Source: Chromera velia (lineage: Eukaryota). Taken from it: 64,000 nt of DNA. The stretch spans positions 62,001 through 126,000 of the forward strand of contig JAHBMJ010000234.1 of assembly GCA_018398765.1 (NCBI GenBank). The letters run 5' to 3'. How positions within the stretch are numbered: the first letter of the stretch is position 1; every line of letters starts with the position of its first letter. Below, piece after piece: positions 63,035-64,000 of this stretch. Below the pieces are notes generated by a model. It made no database searches, was not told the DNA's origin, and saw nothing but the letters and a program-made list of their open reading frames with translations. The translations under genes were made by a program, and so were the position numbers.

Positions 63035-63528
63035 CTAAGAGAGAGACGGAGGCAGGAAGTAGCGTACAACGGGTAAAGGCTTATTGATTTGAACCCAGCA
63101 TGTTGGCTGAAGCGGATAATACACAAAGCATCATCGGTCCCTTCTTATACAGACTAACGTACAACGCCGTGTCCGCTTCGAGAAACAAGAAATCAAGAAG
63201 AAAATATAAAAAAAAAAATGCGTACGGTCGTTACACAAAGAGAAGAGAAACAGCTAAAAAAAGAAAGAATGAGAAGAACCAACCGTCAGGCAGATTCTTT
63301 GGCATGCTCTTGTCAAGGCAAGCAATCACCAGCTCGCAAATCTCATTCGACATGTGAGTTGAGATGTCTGTTGTTAGAAGGATTAAGTTCAGCGTCCATC
63401 CAGAGTCCAGAAAGAGAGACAGAAACCGATCGTCCTCCCTGTAGGGAATGCTGAATTTGTTTTCCAGCTCCAGACTCCAGAGCAAGGTTTTCTCCGATTT
63501 CCCCTCCCATGACAGAGAACCGATTCTT

Positions 63529-63729
63529 CTATACAGAGAGGAAGGGAGGCTGTCCTGGCTTCTTCGCGAACCCAACCTTTTGGGGGGACTCTGAGACTAC
63601 AAGGCATAAGACCCTCCGAAGGTTCATTGGAAGGGCCGTAAAGGAGTTGATGCGGAAGCCGATCCCAAACAGGAGAACAGTCCCATTCACCCCGACACTG
63701 TCAATAAAGTACTTTGCCTCAGCGTAGTC
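63529..63729 (-). other. Possible exon or pseudo-exon of a gene entering from the right edge
   Basis: A pyrimidine tract and ttgcag acceptor at about 63730 are followed by YAEAKYFIDSVGVNGTVLLFGIGFRINSFTALPMNLRRVL.... No family is recognised. Confidence 0.3.
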
Positions 63730-64000
63730 TGCAAACAAAAAGAGAAAAGGTTTCGAACGGAAGGAAGCAGAACGCAAAAAAAATAGAAGCATGCAGTGCC
63801 ACGGAATGAAAAAAGAAAGGGGAGGAGAAAGAATAGGAGCGGAAAGGATAGCTTGAAGGGCGTTTTGTATAAGACAGATAAATAAAAATGATGAGATATG
63901 TATCCTCTGCTTAGACACATAGGCAGACACCAAGAGAGGGGGGTAAGAGAGACGGCCGAAGAGAGACAGAGTCAGGAAAAAACACACGACAAGCAAAGGA

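Noticed and set aside
59675..63126. ORFs rich in ER/ET, HT or CV repeats
   Set aside because: They are artefacts of dinucleotide and hexanucleotide simple repeats; the same applies to many short ORFs in introns throughout the window.

Overview
This is eukaryotic, intron-rich genomic DNA with microsatellite-laden introns and frequent TGCATGCA motifs. Its style suggests an alveolate protist such as a chromerid, but that is inference only. There are five well-supported host genes: (1) a multi-exon receptor with a Venus-flytrap domain, Cys-rich repeats and multiple TM helices (minus strand, running off the left edge); (2) a long single-ORF F-box-like/ankyrin-like protein with a GW-repeat tail; (3) MON2 (15059-28147, minus); (4) a divergently transcribed TVP38/TMEM64-type VTT membrane protein; (5) a Cys-rich multi-pass membrane protein (55263-58749). 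The main feature is a four-level nested transposon stack at 33071-54342, with most junctions readable from terminal repeats and target-site duplications. An 8-bp-TSD TIR element contains a foldback MITE, which contains a very large Ty1/Copia LTR retrotransposon, whose gag is split by a 4.5-kb CACTA-like TIR element. The Copia element is about 14.6 kb without that insert and has a roughly 3,500-codon decayed polyprotein with large unassigned inserts, non-canonical LTR ends and a tRNA-His-like PBS. A second, two-level MITE nest lies at 13776-14619 and shares termini with the outer element. Divergence between the two LTRs is strongly biased to CpG transitions.
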